DNA of 64,000 bases, from the NCBI GenBank assembly GCA_964016885.1, contig OZ024740.1, positions 25,048,001-25,112,000 of the forward strand. The letters are read 5' to 3'. Positions 26,701-40,100 of this stretch are shown in pieces (within the stretch, counting starts at the first letter, position 1; the number at the start of each line of letters is the position of its first letter). Source of the stretch: Eledone cirrhosa (lineage: Eukaryota). The position numbers were made by a program, and so were the translations under genes. The notes under the pieces were generated by a model, which was not told where the DNA came from, made no database searches, and worked only from the letters and a program-made list of their open reading frames with translations.

Positions 26701-28700
26701 TGTGTAGGGGGTATGTTGTGTGTGTGTAGGGCGTATGTTGTGTGTGAGGGTGTATGTTGTGTGTGTGTAGGGTGTATGTTGTGTGTGTAGGGTGTATATT
26801 ACGTGTGTGTAGGGCGTATGTTTTGTGTGTAGGGCGTATGTTGTGTGTGTAGGGTGTATGTTGTGTGTGTGTAGGGTGTGTGTTGTGTGTGTAGGGTGTA
26901 TGTTGTGTGTGTGTAGGGTGTATGTTGTGTGTGTAGGGTGTATGTTGTGTGTGTGTAGGGTGCATGTTGTGTGTGTAGGGTGTATGTTGCGTGTGTGTAG
27001 GGTGTATGTTGTGTGTGTGTAGGGCGTATGTTGTGTGTGTAGGGCGTATGTTGTGTGTGTAGGGTGTATGTTGTGTGTGTGTAGGGTGTATGTTGTGTGT
27101 GTAGGGTGTATGTTGTGTGTGTGTAGGGTGTATGATGTGTGTATGTAGGGTGTATGTTGTGTGTGTGTAGGGTAAATGTTGTGTGTGTGTAGGGTGTATG
27201 TTGTGTGTGTGTAGGGTGTATGTTGTGTTTGTGTAGGGTATATGTTGTGTGGTGTAGGGTGTATATAGTGTGTGTGTAGGGTGTATGTTGTGTGTGTGTA
27301 GGGTGTATGTTGTGTGTGTAGGGTTATGTTGTGTGTGTGTAGGGTGTATGTTGTGTGTGTGTAGTGTGTATGTTGTGTTCGTGTAGGATATATGTTGTGT
27401 GTGTGTAGGGTGCATGTTGTGTGCTTGTGGGGTGTATGTTGTGAGTGTAGGGTGTATATTGTGTGTGTAAGGTGTATGTTGTGTTTGTGTAGGGTGTATG
27501 TTGTGTGTGTGTGGGGTGCATGTTGTGTGTGTAGGGCTTATGTTGTGTGTGTGTAGTGTGTATGTTGTGTTTGCATGGTGTATGTTGTGTGTGTGTAGGG
27601 TGTATGTTGTGTGTGTGTAGGGTGTATGTTGTGTGTGTAGGGTATATGCTGTGTGTGTAGGGTGTATGTTGTGTGTGTGTAGGGTGTATGTTGTGTGTGT
27701 AGGGTGTATGTTGTGTGTGTAGGGTGCATGTTGTGTGTGTAGGGTGTTTTGTGTGTGTGTAGGCTGTATGTTGTGTGTGTAGGGTGTATGTTGTGTGTGT
27801 AGGGGATATGGTGTGTGTGTAGGGTGTAAGTTGTGCGTGTGTAGGGTGTTAGTTGTGTGTGTGTAGGGTGTATGTTGTGTGTGTGTAGGGTGTATGTTGT
27901 GTGTGTAGGGTGTATGTTGTGTGTGTGTTGGGTGTATGTTGTGTGTGTGTAGGGTGTTTATTGTGTGTGTAGGGTGTATGATGTGTGTGTGTATGGTGTA
28001 TGTTGTGTGTGTGTAGGGTGTATGTTGTGTGTGTAGGGTGTATGTTGTGTGTGTAGGGTGTATGTTGTGTGTGTAGGGTGTATGTTGTGTGTGTATAGGG
28101 TGTATGTTGTGTGTGTAGGGTGTATGTTGAGTGTGTGTAAGGTCTATGTTGTGTGTGTAGGGTGTAAGTTGTGTGTGTAGGGTGTATGTTGTGTGTGTGT
28201 TGGGTGTATGTTGTGTGTGTAGTGTGTATGTTATGTGTGTAGGGTGTATGTTGTGTGTGTAGGGTGTATGTTGAGTGTATGTAGGGTGTATGTTGTGTGT
28301 GTAGGGTGTATGTTGTGTGTGTGTTGGGTATATGTTGTGTATGTAGAGTATATGTTGTGTGTGTAGGGTGTATGTTGTGTGTGTGTAGGGTGTATGTTGT
28401 GTGTGTGTAGGCTGTATGTTGTGTGTGTAGGGTATATGTTGTGTGTGTGTAGGTTGTATGTTGTGTGTTTAGGGTGTATGTTGTGTGTGTGTAGGGTGTA
28501 TGTTGTGTGTGTAGGGTGTATGTTGTGTGTGTGTAGGGTGCATGTTGTGTGTGTGTAGGCTGTATGTTGTGAATGTAGGGTATATGTTGTGTGTGTGTAG
28601 GTTGTATGTTGTGTGTGTAGGGTGTATGTTGTGTGTGTAGGGTGTATTTTGTGTGTGTTTACAGTGTATGTTGTGTGTGTGTAGGGTATATGTTGTGTGT
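20700..28700 (+). repeat. Variant-rich long-period HOR domain (2226-bp unit; contains 3310-bp tandem duplication)
   Basis: Identical spurious ORFs at 22002, 24228 and 27538, and near-identical ones at 22933 and 26243. tttgcatgg marker at ~22035, ~24261 and ~27571. Confidence 0.85.
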
Positions 28701-28790
28701 GTGTAGGGCGTATGTTGTGTGTGTAGGGCGTATGTTGTGTGTGTAGGGTGTATGTTGTGTGTGTAGGGTGTATGTTGTGTGTGTAGGGTG
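22130..28790 (+). repeat. Direct tandem duplication, period 3310 bp
   Basis: Marker pairs offset by 3310: 22193/25503, 22933/26243, 23055/26365, 24014/27324, 24228/27538, 25159/28469. Shared rare variants gtccgtagcg, gtgcttgtggg, agggtgtttt and gaatgtaggg. Confidence 0.9.
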
Positions 28791-31700
28791 TATGTTGTGT
28801 GTGTAGGGTGTATGTTGTGTGTGTGTAGGGTGCATGTTGTGTGTGTAGGGTGTATGTTGTGTGTGTGTAGGGTGTATGTTGTGTGAGTGTAGGGCGTATG
28901 TTGTGTGTGTGTAGGGTGTATGTTGTGTGTGTAGGGTGTATGTTGTGTGTGTGTAGGCTGTATGTTGTGTGTGTGTAGGGCGTATGTTGTGTGTGTAGGG
29001 CGTATGTTGTGTGTGTAGGGTGTATGTTGTGTGTGTAGGGTGTATGTTGTGTGTGTGTAGGGTGTATGTTGTGTGTGTGTAGGGTGCATGTTGTGTGTGT
29101 AGGGTGTATGTTGTGTGTGTGTAGGGTGTATGTTGTGTGAGTGTAGGGCGTATGTTGTGTGTGTGTAGCGTGTATGTTGTGTGTGTAGGGTGTATGTTGT
29201 GTGTGTGTAGGGTGTATGTTGTGTGTGTGTAGGGCGTATGTTGTGTGTGTAGGGCGTATGTTGTGTGTGTAGGGTGTATGTTGTGTGTGTAGGGTGTATG
29301 TTGTGTGTGTGTAGGGTGTATGTTGTGTGTGTAGGGTGTATGTTGTGTGTGTGTAGGGTGTATGTTGTGTGTGTGTAGGGCGTATGTTGTGTGTGTGTAG
29401 GGTGTATGTTGTGTGTGTGTGTGTAGGGCGTATGTTTTGTGTGTAGGGCGTATGTTGTGTGTGTAGGGTGTATGTTGTGTGTGTGTAGGGTGTATGTGGT
29501 GTGTGTAGGGTGTATGTTGTGTGTGTAGGGTGTATGTTGTGTGTGTAGGGTGTATGTTGTGTGTGTGTAGGGTGCATGTTGTGTGTGTAGGGTGTATGTT
29601 GTGTGTGTGTAGGGTGTATGTTGTGTGAGTGTAGGGCGTATGTTGTGTGTGTGTAGGGTGTATGTTGTGTGTGTAGGGTGTATGTTGTGTGTGTGTAGGG
29701 TGTATGTTGTGTGTGTGTAGGGCGTATGTTGTGTGTGTAGGGCGTATGTTGTGTGTGTAGGGTGTATGTTGTGTGTGTAGGGTGTATGTTGTGTGTGTGT
29801 AGGGTGTATGTTGTGTGTGTAGGGTGTATGTTGTGTGTGTGTAGGCTGTATGTTGTGTGTGTGTAGGGCGTATGTTGTGTGTGTAGGGTTTATGTTGTGT
29901 GTGTGTAGGTTGTATGTTGTATGTATGTAGGGTGTATGTTGTGTGTGTGTAGGGTGTATGTTGTGTGTATGTAGGCTGTATGTTGTGTGTGTAGGGTTTA
30001 TGTTGTGTGTGTAGGGTGTATGTTGTGTGTGTGTAGGGTGTATGTGGTGTGTGTAGGGTGTATGTTGTGTGTGTAGGGTGTATGTTGTGTGTGTAGGGTG
30101 TATGTTGTGTGTGTGTAGGGTGCATGTTGTGTGTGTAGGGTGTATGTTGTGTGTGTGTAGGGTGTATGTTGTGTGAGTGTAGGGCGTATGTTGTGTGTGT
30201 GTAGGGTGTATGTTGTGTGTGTAGGGTGTATGTTGTGTGTGTGTAGGGTGTATGTTGTGTGTGTGTAGGGCGTATGTTGTGTGTGTAGGGCGTATGTTGT
30301 GTGTGTAGGGTGTATGTTGTGTGTGTAGGGTGTATGTTGTGTGTGTGTAGGGTGTATGTTGTGTGTGTAGGGTGTATGTTGTGTGTGTGTAGGCCGTATG
30401 TTGTGTGTGTGTAGGGCGTATGTTGTGTGTGTAGGGTTTATGTTGTGTGCGTGTAGGGTGTATGTTGTGTGTGTAGGGTGTATGTTGTGTGTGTGTAGGG
30501 TGTATGTTGTGTGTGTGTGTGTAGGGCGTATGTTTTGTGTGTAGGGCGTATGTTGTGTGTGTAGGGTGTATGTTGTGTGTGTGTAGGGTGTATGTGGTGT
30601 GTGTAGGGTGTATGTTGTGTGTGTAGGGTGTATGTTGTGTGTGTAGGGTGTATGTTGTGTGTGTGTAGGGTGCATGTTGTGTGTGTAGGGTGTATGTTGT
30701 GTGTGTGTAGGGTGTATGTTGTGTGAGTGTAGGGCGTATGTTGTGTGTGTGTAGGGTGTATGTTGTGTGTGTAGGGTGTATGTTGTGTGTGTGTAGGGTG
30801 TATGTTGTGTGTGTGTAGGGCGTATGTTGTGTGTGTAGGGCGTATGTTGTGTGTGTAGGGTGTATGTTGTGTGTGTAGGGTGTATGTTGTGTGTGTGTAG
30901 GGTGTATGTTGTGTGTGTGTAGGGTGCATGTTGTGTGTGTAGGGTGTATGTTGTGTGTGTGTAGGGTGTATGTTGTGTGAGTGTAGGGCGTATGTTGTGT
31001 GTGTGTAGCGTGTATGTTGTGTGTGTAGGGTGTATGTTGTGTGTGTGTAGGGTGTATGTTGTGTGTGTGTAGGGCGTATGTTGTGTGTGTAGGGCGTATG
31101 TTGTGTGTGTAGGGTGTATATTGTGTGTGTAGGGTGTATATTGTGTGTGTGTAGGGTGTATGTTGTGTGTGTAGGGTGTATGTTGTGTGTGTGTAGGGTG
31201 TATGTTGTGTGTGTGTAGGGCGTATGTTGTGTGTGTGTAGGGTGTATGTTGTGTGTGTGTGTGTAGGGCGTATGTTTTGTGTGTAGGGCGTATGTTGTGT
31301 GTGTAGGGTGTATGTTGTGTGTGTGTAGGGTGTATGTGGTGTGTGTAGGGTGTATGTTGTGTGTGTAGGGTGTATGTTGTGTGTGTAGGGTGTATGTTGT
31401 GTGTGTGTAGGGTGCATGTTGTGTGTGTAGGGTGTATGTTGTGTGTGTGTAGGGTGTATGTTGTGTGAGTGTAGGGCGTATGTTGTGTGTGTGTAGGGTG
31501 TATGTTGTGTGTGTAGGGTGTATGTTGTGTGTGTGTAGGGTGTATGTTGTGTGTGTGTAGGGCGTATGTTGTGTGTGTAGGGCGTATGTTGTGTGTGTAG
31601 GGTGTATGTTGTGTGTGTAGGGTGTATGTTGTGTGTGTGTAGGGTGTATGTTGTGTGTGTAGGGTGTATGTTGTGTGTGTGTAGGCTGTATGTTGTGTGT

Positions 31701-34700
31701 GTGTAGGGCGTATGTTGTGTGTGTAGGGTTTATGTTGTGTGCGTGTAGGGTGTATGTTGTGTGTGTAGGGTGTATGTTGTGTGTGTGTAGGGTGTATGTT
31801 GTGTGTGTGTGTGTAGGGCGTATGTTTTGTGTGTAGGGCGTATGTTGTGTGTGTAGGGTGTATGTTGTGTGTGTGTAGGGTGTATGTTGTGTGTGTAGGG
31901 TGTATGTTGTGTGTGTAGGGTGTATGTTGTGTGTGTAGGGTGTATGTTGTGTGTGTGTAGGGTGCATGTTGTGTGTGTAGGGTGTATGTTGTGTGTGTGT
32001 AGGGTGTATGTTGTGTGAGTGTAGGGCGTATGTTGTGTGTGTGTAGGGTGTATGTTGTGTGTGTAGGGTGTATGTTGTGTGTGTGTAGGGTGTATGTTGT
32101 GTGTGTGTAGGGCGTATGTTGTGTGTGTAGGGCGTATGTTGTGTGTGTAGGGTGTATGTTGTGTGTGTAGGGTGTATGTTGTGTGTGTGTAGGGTGTATG
32201 TTGTGTGTGTGTAGGGTGCATGTTGTGTGTGTAGGGTGTATGTTGTGTTTGTGTAGGGTGTATGTTGTGTGAGTGTAGGGCGTATGTTGTGTGTGTGTAG
32301 CGTGTATGTTGTGTGTGTAGGGTGTATGTTGTGTGTGTGTAGGGTGTATGTTGTGTGTGTGTAGGGCGTATGTTGTGTGTGTAGGGCGTATGTTGTGTGT
32401 GTAGGGTGTATGTTGTGTGTGTAGGGTGTATGTTGTGTGTGTGTAGGGTGTATGTTGTGTGTGTAGGGTGTATGTTGTGTGTGTGTAGGGTGTATGTTGT
32501 GTGTGTGTAGGGCGTATGTTGTGTGTGTAGGGTTTATGTTGTGTGCGTGTAGGGTGTATGTTGTGTGTGTAGGGTGTATGTTGTGTGTGTGTAGGGTGTA
32601 TGTTGTGTGTGTGTGTGTAGGGCGTATGTTTTGTGTGTAGGGCGTATTTTGTGTGTGTAGGGTGTATGTTGTGTGTGTGTAGGGTGTATGTGGTGTGTGT
32701 AGGGTGTATGTTGTGTGTGTAGGGTGTATGTTGTGTGTGTAGGGTGTATGTTGTGTGTGTGTAGGGTGCATGTTGTGTGTGTAGGGTGTATGTTGTGTGT
32801 GTGTAGGGTGTATGTTGTGTGAGTGTAGGGCGTATGTTGTGTGTGTGTAGGGTGTATGTTGTGTGTGTAGGGTGTATGTTGTGTGTGTGTAGGGTGTATG
32901 TTGTGTGAGTGTAGGGCGTATGTTGTGTGTGTGTAGGGTGTATGTTGTGTGTGTAGGGCGTATGTTGTGTGTGTAGGGCGTATGTTGTGTGTGTAGGGTG
33001 TATGTTGTGTGTGTAGGGTGTATGTTGTGTGTGTGTAGGGTGTATGTTGTGTGTGTGTAGGGTGCATGTTGTGTGTGTAGGGTGTATGTTGTGTGTGTGT
33101 AGGGTGTATGTTGTGTGAGTGTAGGGCGTATGTTGTGTGTGTGTAGCGTGTATGTTGTGTGTGTGGGGTGTATGTTGTGTGTGTGTAGGGTGTATGTTGT
33201 GTGTGTGTAGGGCGTATGTTGTGTGTGTAGGGCGTATGTTGTGTGTGTAGGGTGTATGTTGTGTGTGTAGGGTGTATGTTGTGTGTGTGTAGGGTGTATG
33301 TTGTGTGTGTAGGGTGTATGTTGTGTGTGTGTAGGGTGTATGTTGTGTGTGTGTAGGGCGTATGTTGTGTGTGTGTAGGGTGTATGTTGTGTGTGTGTGT
33401 GTAGGGCGTATGTTTTGTGTGTAGGGCGTATGTTGTGTGTGTAGGGTGTATGTTGTGTGTGTGTAGGGTGTATGTGGTGTGTGTAGGGTGTATGTTGTGT
33501 GTGTAGGGTGTATGTTGTGTGTGTAGGGTGTATGTTGTGTGTGTGTAGGGTGCATGTTGTGTGTGTAGGGTGTATGTTGTGTGTGTGTAGGGTGTATGTT
33601 GTGTGAGTGTAGGGCGTATGTTGTGTGTGTGTAGGGTGTATGTTGTGTGTGTAGGGTGTATGTTGTGTGTGTGTAGGGTGTATGTTGTGTGTGTGTAGGG
33701 CGTATGTTGTGTGTGTAGGGCGTATGTTGTGTGTGTAGGGTGTATGTTGTGTGTGTAGGGTGTATGTTGTGTGTGTGTAGGGTGTATGTTGTGTGTGTAG
33801 GGTGTATGTTGTGTGTGTGTAGGCTGTATGTTGTGTGTGTGTAGGGCGTATGTTGTGTGTGTAGGGTTTATGTTGTGTGTGTGTAGGTTGTATGTTGTAT
33901 GTATGTAGGGTGTATGTTGTGTGTGTGTAGGGTGTATGTTGTGTGTATGTAGGCTGTATGTTGTGTGTGTAGGGTTTATGTTGTGTGTGTAGGGTGTATG
34001 TTGTGTGTGTGTAGGGTGTATGTGGTGTGTGTAGGGTGTATGTTGTGTGTGTAGGGTGTATGTTGTGTGTGTAGGGTGTATGTTGTGTGTGTGTAGGGTG
34101 CATGTTGTGTGTGTAGGGTGTATGTTGTGTGTGTGTAGGGTGTATGTTGTGTGAGTGTAGGGCGTATGTTGTGTGTGTGTAGGGTGTATGTTGTGTGTGT
34201 AGGGTGTATGTTGTGTGTGTGTAGGGTGTATGTTGTGTGTGTGTAGGGCGTATGTTGTGTGTGTAGGGCGTATGTTGTGTGTGTAGGGTGTATGTTGTGT
34301 GTGTAGGGTGTATGTTGTGTGTGTGTAGGGTGTATGTTGTGTGTGTAGGGTGTATGTTGTGTGTGTGTAGGCCGTATGTTGTGTGTGTGTAGGGCGTATG
34401 TTGTGTGTGTAGGGTTTATGTTGTGTGCGTGTAGGGTGTATGTTGTGTGTGTAGGGTGTATGTTGTGTGTGTGTAGGGTGTATGTTGTGTGTGTGTGTGT
34501 AGGGCGTATGTTTTGTGTGTAGGGCGTATGTTGTGTGTGTAGGGTGTATGTTGTGTGTGTAGGGTGTATGTGGTGTGTGTAGGGTGTATGTTGTGTGTGT
34601 AGGGTGTATGTTGTGTGTGTAGGGTGTATGTTGTGTGTGTGTAGGGTGCATGTTGTGTGTGTAGGGTGTATGTTGTGTGTGTGTAGGGTGTATGTTGTGT

Positions 34701-36940
34701 GAGTGTAGGGCGTATGTTGTGTGTGTGTAGGGTGTATGTTGTGTGTGTAGGGTGTATGTTGTGTGTGTGTAGGGTGTATGTTGTGTGTGTGTAGGGCGTA
34801 TGTTGTGTGTGTAGGGCGTATGTTGTGTGTGTAGGGTGTATGTTGTGTGTGTAGGGTGTATGTTGTGTGTGTGTAGGGTGTATGTTGTGTGTGTGTAGGG
34901 TGCATGTTGTGTGTGTAGGGTGTATGTTGTGTGTGTGTAGGGTGTATGTTGTGTGAGTGTAGGGCGTATGTTGTGTGTGTGTAGCGTGTATGTTGTGTGT
35001 GTAGGGTGTATGTTGTGTGTGTGTAGGGTGTATGTTGTGTGTGTGTAGGGCGTATGTTGTGTGTGTAGGGCGTATGTTGTGTGTGTAGGGTGTATATTGT
35101 GTGTGTAGGGTGTATATTGTGTGTGTGTAGGGTGTATGTTGTGTGTGTAGGGTGTATGTTGTGTGTGTGTAGGGTGTATGTTGTGTGTGTGTAGGGCGTA
35201 TGTTGTGTGTGTGTAGGGTGTATGTTGTGTGTGTGTGTGTAGGGCGTATGTTTTGTGTGTAGGGCGTATGTTGTGTGTGTAGGGTGTATGTTGTGTGTGT
35301 GTAGGGTGTATGTGGTGTGTGTAGGGTGTATGTTGTGTGTGTAGGGTGTATGTTGTGTGTGTAGGGTGTATGTTGTGTGTGTGTAGGGTGCATGTTGTGT
35401 GTGTAGGGTGTATGTTGTGTGTGTGTAGGGTGTATGTTGTGTGAGTGTAGGGCGTATGTTGTGTGTGTGTAGGGTGTATGTTGTGTGTGTAGGGTGTATG
35501 TTGTGTGTGTGTAGGGTGTATGTTGTGTGTGTGTAGGGCGTATGTTGTGTGTGTAGGGCGTATGTTGTGTGTGTAGGGTGTATGTTGTGTGTGTAGGGTG
35601 TATGTTGTGTGTGTGTAGGGTGTATGTTGTGTGTGTAGGGTGTATGTTGTGTGTGTGTAGGCTGTATGTTGTGTGTGTGTAGGGCGTATGTTGTGTGTGT
35701 AGGGTTTATGTTGTGTGCGTGTAGGGTGTATGTTGTGTGTGTAGGGTGTATGTTGTGTGTGTGTAGGGTGTATGTTGTGTGTGTGTGTGTAGGGCGTATG
35801 TTTTGTGTGTAGGGCGTATGTTGTGTGTGTAGGGTGTATGTTGTGTGTGTGTAGGGTGTATGTGGTGTGTGTAGGGTGTATGTTGTGTGTGTAGGGTGTA
35901 TGTTGTGTGTGTAGGGTGTATGTTGTGTGTGTGTAGGGTGCATGTTGTGTGTGTAGGGTGTATGTTGTGTGTGTGTAGGGTGTATGTTGTGTGAGTGTAG
36001 GGCGTATGTTGTGTGTGTGTAGGGTGTATGTTGTGTGTGTAGGGTGTATGTTGTGTGTGTGTAGGGTGTATGTTGTGTGTGTGTAGGGCGTATGTTGTGT
36101 GTGTAGGGCGTATGTTGTGTGTGTAGGGTGTATGTTGTGTGTGTAGGGTGTATGTTGTGTGTGTGTAGGGTGTATGTTGTGTGTGTGTAGGGTGCATGTT
36201 GTGTGTGTAGGGTGTATGTTGTGTTTGTGTAGGGTGTATGTTGTGTGAGTGTAGGGCGTATGTTGTGTGTGTGTAGCGTGTATGTTGTGTGTGTAGGGTG
36301 TATGTTGTGTGTGTGTAGGGTGTATGTTGTGTGTGTGTAGGGCGTATGTTGTGTGTGTAGGGCGTATGTTGTGTGTGTAGGGTGTATGTTGTGTGTGTAG
36401 GGTGTATGTTGTGTGTGTGTAGGGTGTATGTTGTGTGTGTAGGGTGTATGTTGTGTGTGTGTAGGGTGTATGTTGTGTGTGTGTAGGGCGTATGTTGTGT
36501 GTGTAGGGTTTATGTTGTGTGCGTGTAGGGTGTATGTTGTGTGTGTAGGGTGTATGTTGTGTGTGTGTAGGGTGTATGTTGTGTGTGTGTGTGTAGGGCG
36601 TATGTTTTGTGTGTAGGGCGTATTTTGTGTGTGTAGGGTGTATGTTGTGTGTGTGTAGGGTGTATGTGGTGTGTGTAGGGTGTATGTTGTGTGTGTAGGG
36701 TGTATGTTGTGTGTGTAGGGTGTATGTTGTGTGTGTGTAGGGTGCATGTTGTGTGTGTAGGGTGTATGTTGTGTGTGTGTAGGGTGTATGTTGTGTGAGT
36801 GTAGGGCGTATGTTGTGTGTGTGTAGGGTGTATGTTGTGTGTGTAGGGTGTATGTTGTGTGTGTGTAGGGTGTATGTTGTGTGTGTGTAGGGCGTATGTT
36901 GTGTGTGTAGGGCGTATGTTGTGTGTGTAGGGTGCATGTT
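28700..36940 (+). repeat. Homogeneous HOR domain II, largely a ~3978-bp tandem duplication of 550/254/488-bp modules
   Basis: Offsets 29577/33555 and 30125/34103 (3978), 31417/35393 and 32221/36197 (3976). Private variants aggccgtatg (30391/34369) and ggcgtatttt (32641/36617). Confidence 0.88.
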
Positions 36941-37179
36941 GTGTGTGTAGGTGTATGTTGTGTGTGTAGGGTGTATGTTGTGTGTGTGTAGGGTTTATGT
37001 TGTGTGTGTAGGGTGTATGTCGTGTGTTTAGGGTGTATGTTGTGTGTGTATGGGCTATGTTGTGTGTGTAGGGTGTATGTCGTGTGTGTGTAGGGTGTAT
37101 GTTGTGTGTGTAGGGTGTATGTTGTGTGTGTGTAGGGTTTATGTTGTGTGTGTAGCGTGTATGTTGTGTGTGTGTAGGG

Positions 37180-40100
37180 TGTATGTTGTGTGTGTAGGGT
37201 GTATGTTGTGTGTTTAGGGTGTATGTTGTGTGTGTATGGGCTATGTTGTGTGTGTAGGGTGTATGTTGTGTGTGTGTAGTGTGTATGTTGTGTGTGTAGG
37301 GTATATGTTGTGTGTGTGTAGGGTGTATGTTGTTTGTGTAGGGTGTATGTTGTGTGTGTAGAGTGTATATTGTGTGTGTGTAGGGTGTATGCTGTGTTTG
37401 TGTAGGGTAAATGTTGTGTGTGTGTCGGGTGTATGTTGTGTGTGTGTACTGTGTATGTTGTGTGTGTGTAGAGGGTATGTCGTGTGTCTGTAGGGTGTAT
37501 GTTGTATGTGTAGGGTGTATGTTGTGTGTGTGTAGGGTGTATGTTGTGTGTGTGTAGGGTGTATGATGTGTGTATGTAGGGTGTATGTCGTGTGTGTGTA
37601 GGGTGTATGTTGTGTGTGTGTAGGGTGTATGATGTGTGTATGTAGGGTGTATGTTGTGTGTGTGTAGGGTAAATGTTGTGTGTGTGTAGGGTGTATGTTG
37701 TTTGTGTGTAGGGTGTATGATGTGTTTGTGTAGGGTGTATGTTGCGCTTGTCGGGTGTATGTTGTGTGTCTGTACTGTGTATGTTGTGTGTGTAGGGTGT
37801 ATGTCGTGTGTGTGTAGGGTGTCTGTTGTGTGTGTGTAGGTTGTATGTTGTATGTATGTAGGGTGTATGTTGTGTGTGTGTAGGGTGTATGTTGTGTGTA
37901 TGTAGGCTGTATGTTGTGTGTGTAGGGTTTATGTTGTGTGTGTAGGGTGTATGTTGTGTGTGTAGGATATATGTTGTGTGTGGTGGGTGTATGTTGTGTG
38001 TGTGTAGGGTGTATGTTGTGTGTGTAGGGTGTATGTTGTGTGTGTAGGGTGTATGTTGTGTTTGTGTAGGGTGTATGTTGTGTGTGTGTAGGGTGTATGT
38101 TGTGTGTGTGTAGGGTATATGTTGTGTGTGTGTAGGGTGTATGTTGTGTTTGTGTAGGGTGTATGTTGTGTTTGTGTAGGGTATATGTTGTGTGGTGTAG
38201 GGTGTATATTGTGTGTGTGTAGGGTGTATCTTGTGTGTGTAGGGTGTATGTTGTGTGTGTAGGGTGTATGTTGTGTGTGTGTAGGGTGTATGTTGTGTGT
38301 GTGTAGTGTGTATGTTGTGTTCGTGTAGGATATATGTTGTGTGTGTGTAGGGTGCATGTTGTGTGTGTGTGGGGTGTATGTTGTGTGTGTAGGGTGTATA
38401 TTGTGTGTGTAAGGTGTATGTTGTGTTTGTGTAGGGTGTATGTTCTGTGTGTGTGGGGTGCATGTTGTGTGTGTGGGGCTTATGTTGTGTGTGTGTAGTG
38501 TGTATGTTGTGTTTGCATGGTGTATGTTGTGTGTGTGTAGGGTGTATGTTGTGTGTGTGTAGGGTGTATGTTGTGTGTGTAGGGTATATGCTGTGTGTGT
38601 AGGGTGTATGTTGTGTGTGTGTAGGGTGTATGTTGTGTGTGTAGGGTGTATGTTGTGTGTGTAGGGTGCATGTTGTGTGTGTAGGGTGTGTTGTGTGTGT
38701 GTAGGCTGTATGTTGTGTGTGTAGGGTGTATGTTGTGTGTGTAGGGGATATGGTGTGTGTGTAGGGTGTAAGTTGTGCGTGTGTAGGGTGTTAGTTGTGT
38801 GTGTGTAGGGTGTATGTTGTGTGTGTGTAGGGTGTATGTTGTGTGTGTAGGGTGTATGTTGTGTGTGTGTTGGGTGTATGTTGTGTGTGTGTAGGGTGTT
38901 TATTGTGTGTGTAGGGTGTATGATGTGTGTGTGTATGGTGTATGTTGTGTGTGTGTAGGGTGTATGTTGTGTGTGTAGGGTGTATGTTGTGTGTGTAGGG
39001 TGTATATTGTGTGTGTAGGGTGTATGTTGTGTGTGTGTAGGGTGTATGTTGTGTGTGTAGGGTGTATGTTGAGTGTGTGTAGGGTGTATGTTGTGTGTGT
39101 AGGGTGTAAGTTGTGTGTGTAGGGTGTATGTTGTGTGTGTGTTGGGTGTATGTTGTGTATGTAGTGTGTATGTTATGTGTGTAGGGTGTATGTTGTGTGT
39201 GTAGGGTGTATGTTGAGTGTGTGTAGGGTGTATGTTGTGTGTGTAGGGTGTATGTTGTGTGTGTGTTGGGTGTATGTTGTGTATGTAGAGTATATGTTGT
39301 GTGTGTAGGGTGTATGTTGTGTGTGTGTAGGGTGTATGTTGTGTGTGTGTAGGCTGTATGTTGTGTGTGTAGGGTATATGTTGTGTGTGTGTAGGTTGTA
39401 TGTTGTGTGTTTAGGGTGCATGTTGTGTGTGTGTAGGGTGTATGTTGTGTGTGTAGGGTGTATGTTGTGTGTGTGTAGGGTGCATGTTGTGTGTGTGTAG
39501 GCTGTATGTTGTGAGTGTAGGGTATATGTTGTGTGTGTGTAGGTTGTATGTTGTGTGTGTGGGGTGTATGTTGTGTGTGTAGGGTGTATTTTGTGTGTGT
39601 TTACAGTGTATGTTGTGTGTGTGTAGGGTATATGTTGTGTGTGTGTAGGGCGTATGTTGTGTGTGTAGGGTATATGTTGTGTGTAGGGTGTATGTTGTGT
39701 GTGTGTAGGGTGTATGTTGTGTGTGTAGGATGTATGTTGTGTGTGTGTAGGGTGTATGTTGTGTCCGTAGCGTGTATGTTGTGTGTGTGTAGGGTGTATG
39801 TTGTGTGTGTGTAGGGCGTATGTTGTGTGTGAGGGTGTATGTTGTGTGTGTGTAGGGTGTATGTTGTGTGTGTAGGGGGTATGTTGTGTGTGTGTAGGGC
39901 GTATGTTGTGTGTGAGGGTGTATGTTGTGTGTGTGTAGGGTGTATGTTGTGTGTGTAGGGTGTATATTACGTGTGTGTAGGGCGTATGTTTTGTGTGTAG
40001 GGCGTATGTTGTGTGTGTAGGGTGTATGTTGTGTGTGTGTAGGGTGTGTGTTGTGTGTGTAGGGTGTATGTTGTGTGTGTGTAGGGTGTATGTTGTGTGT

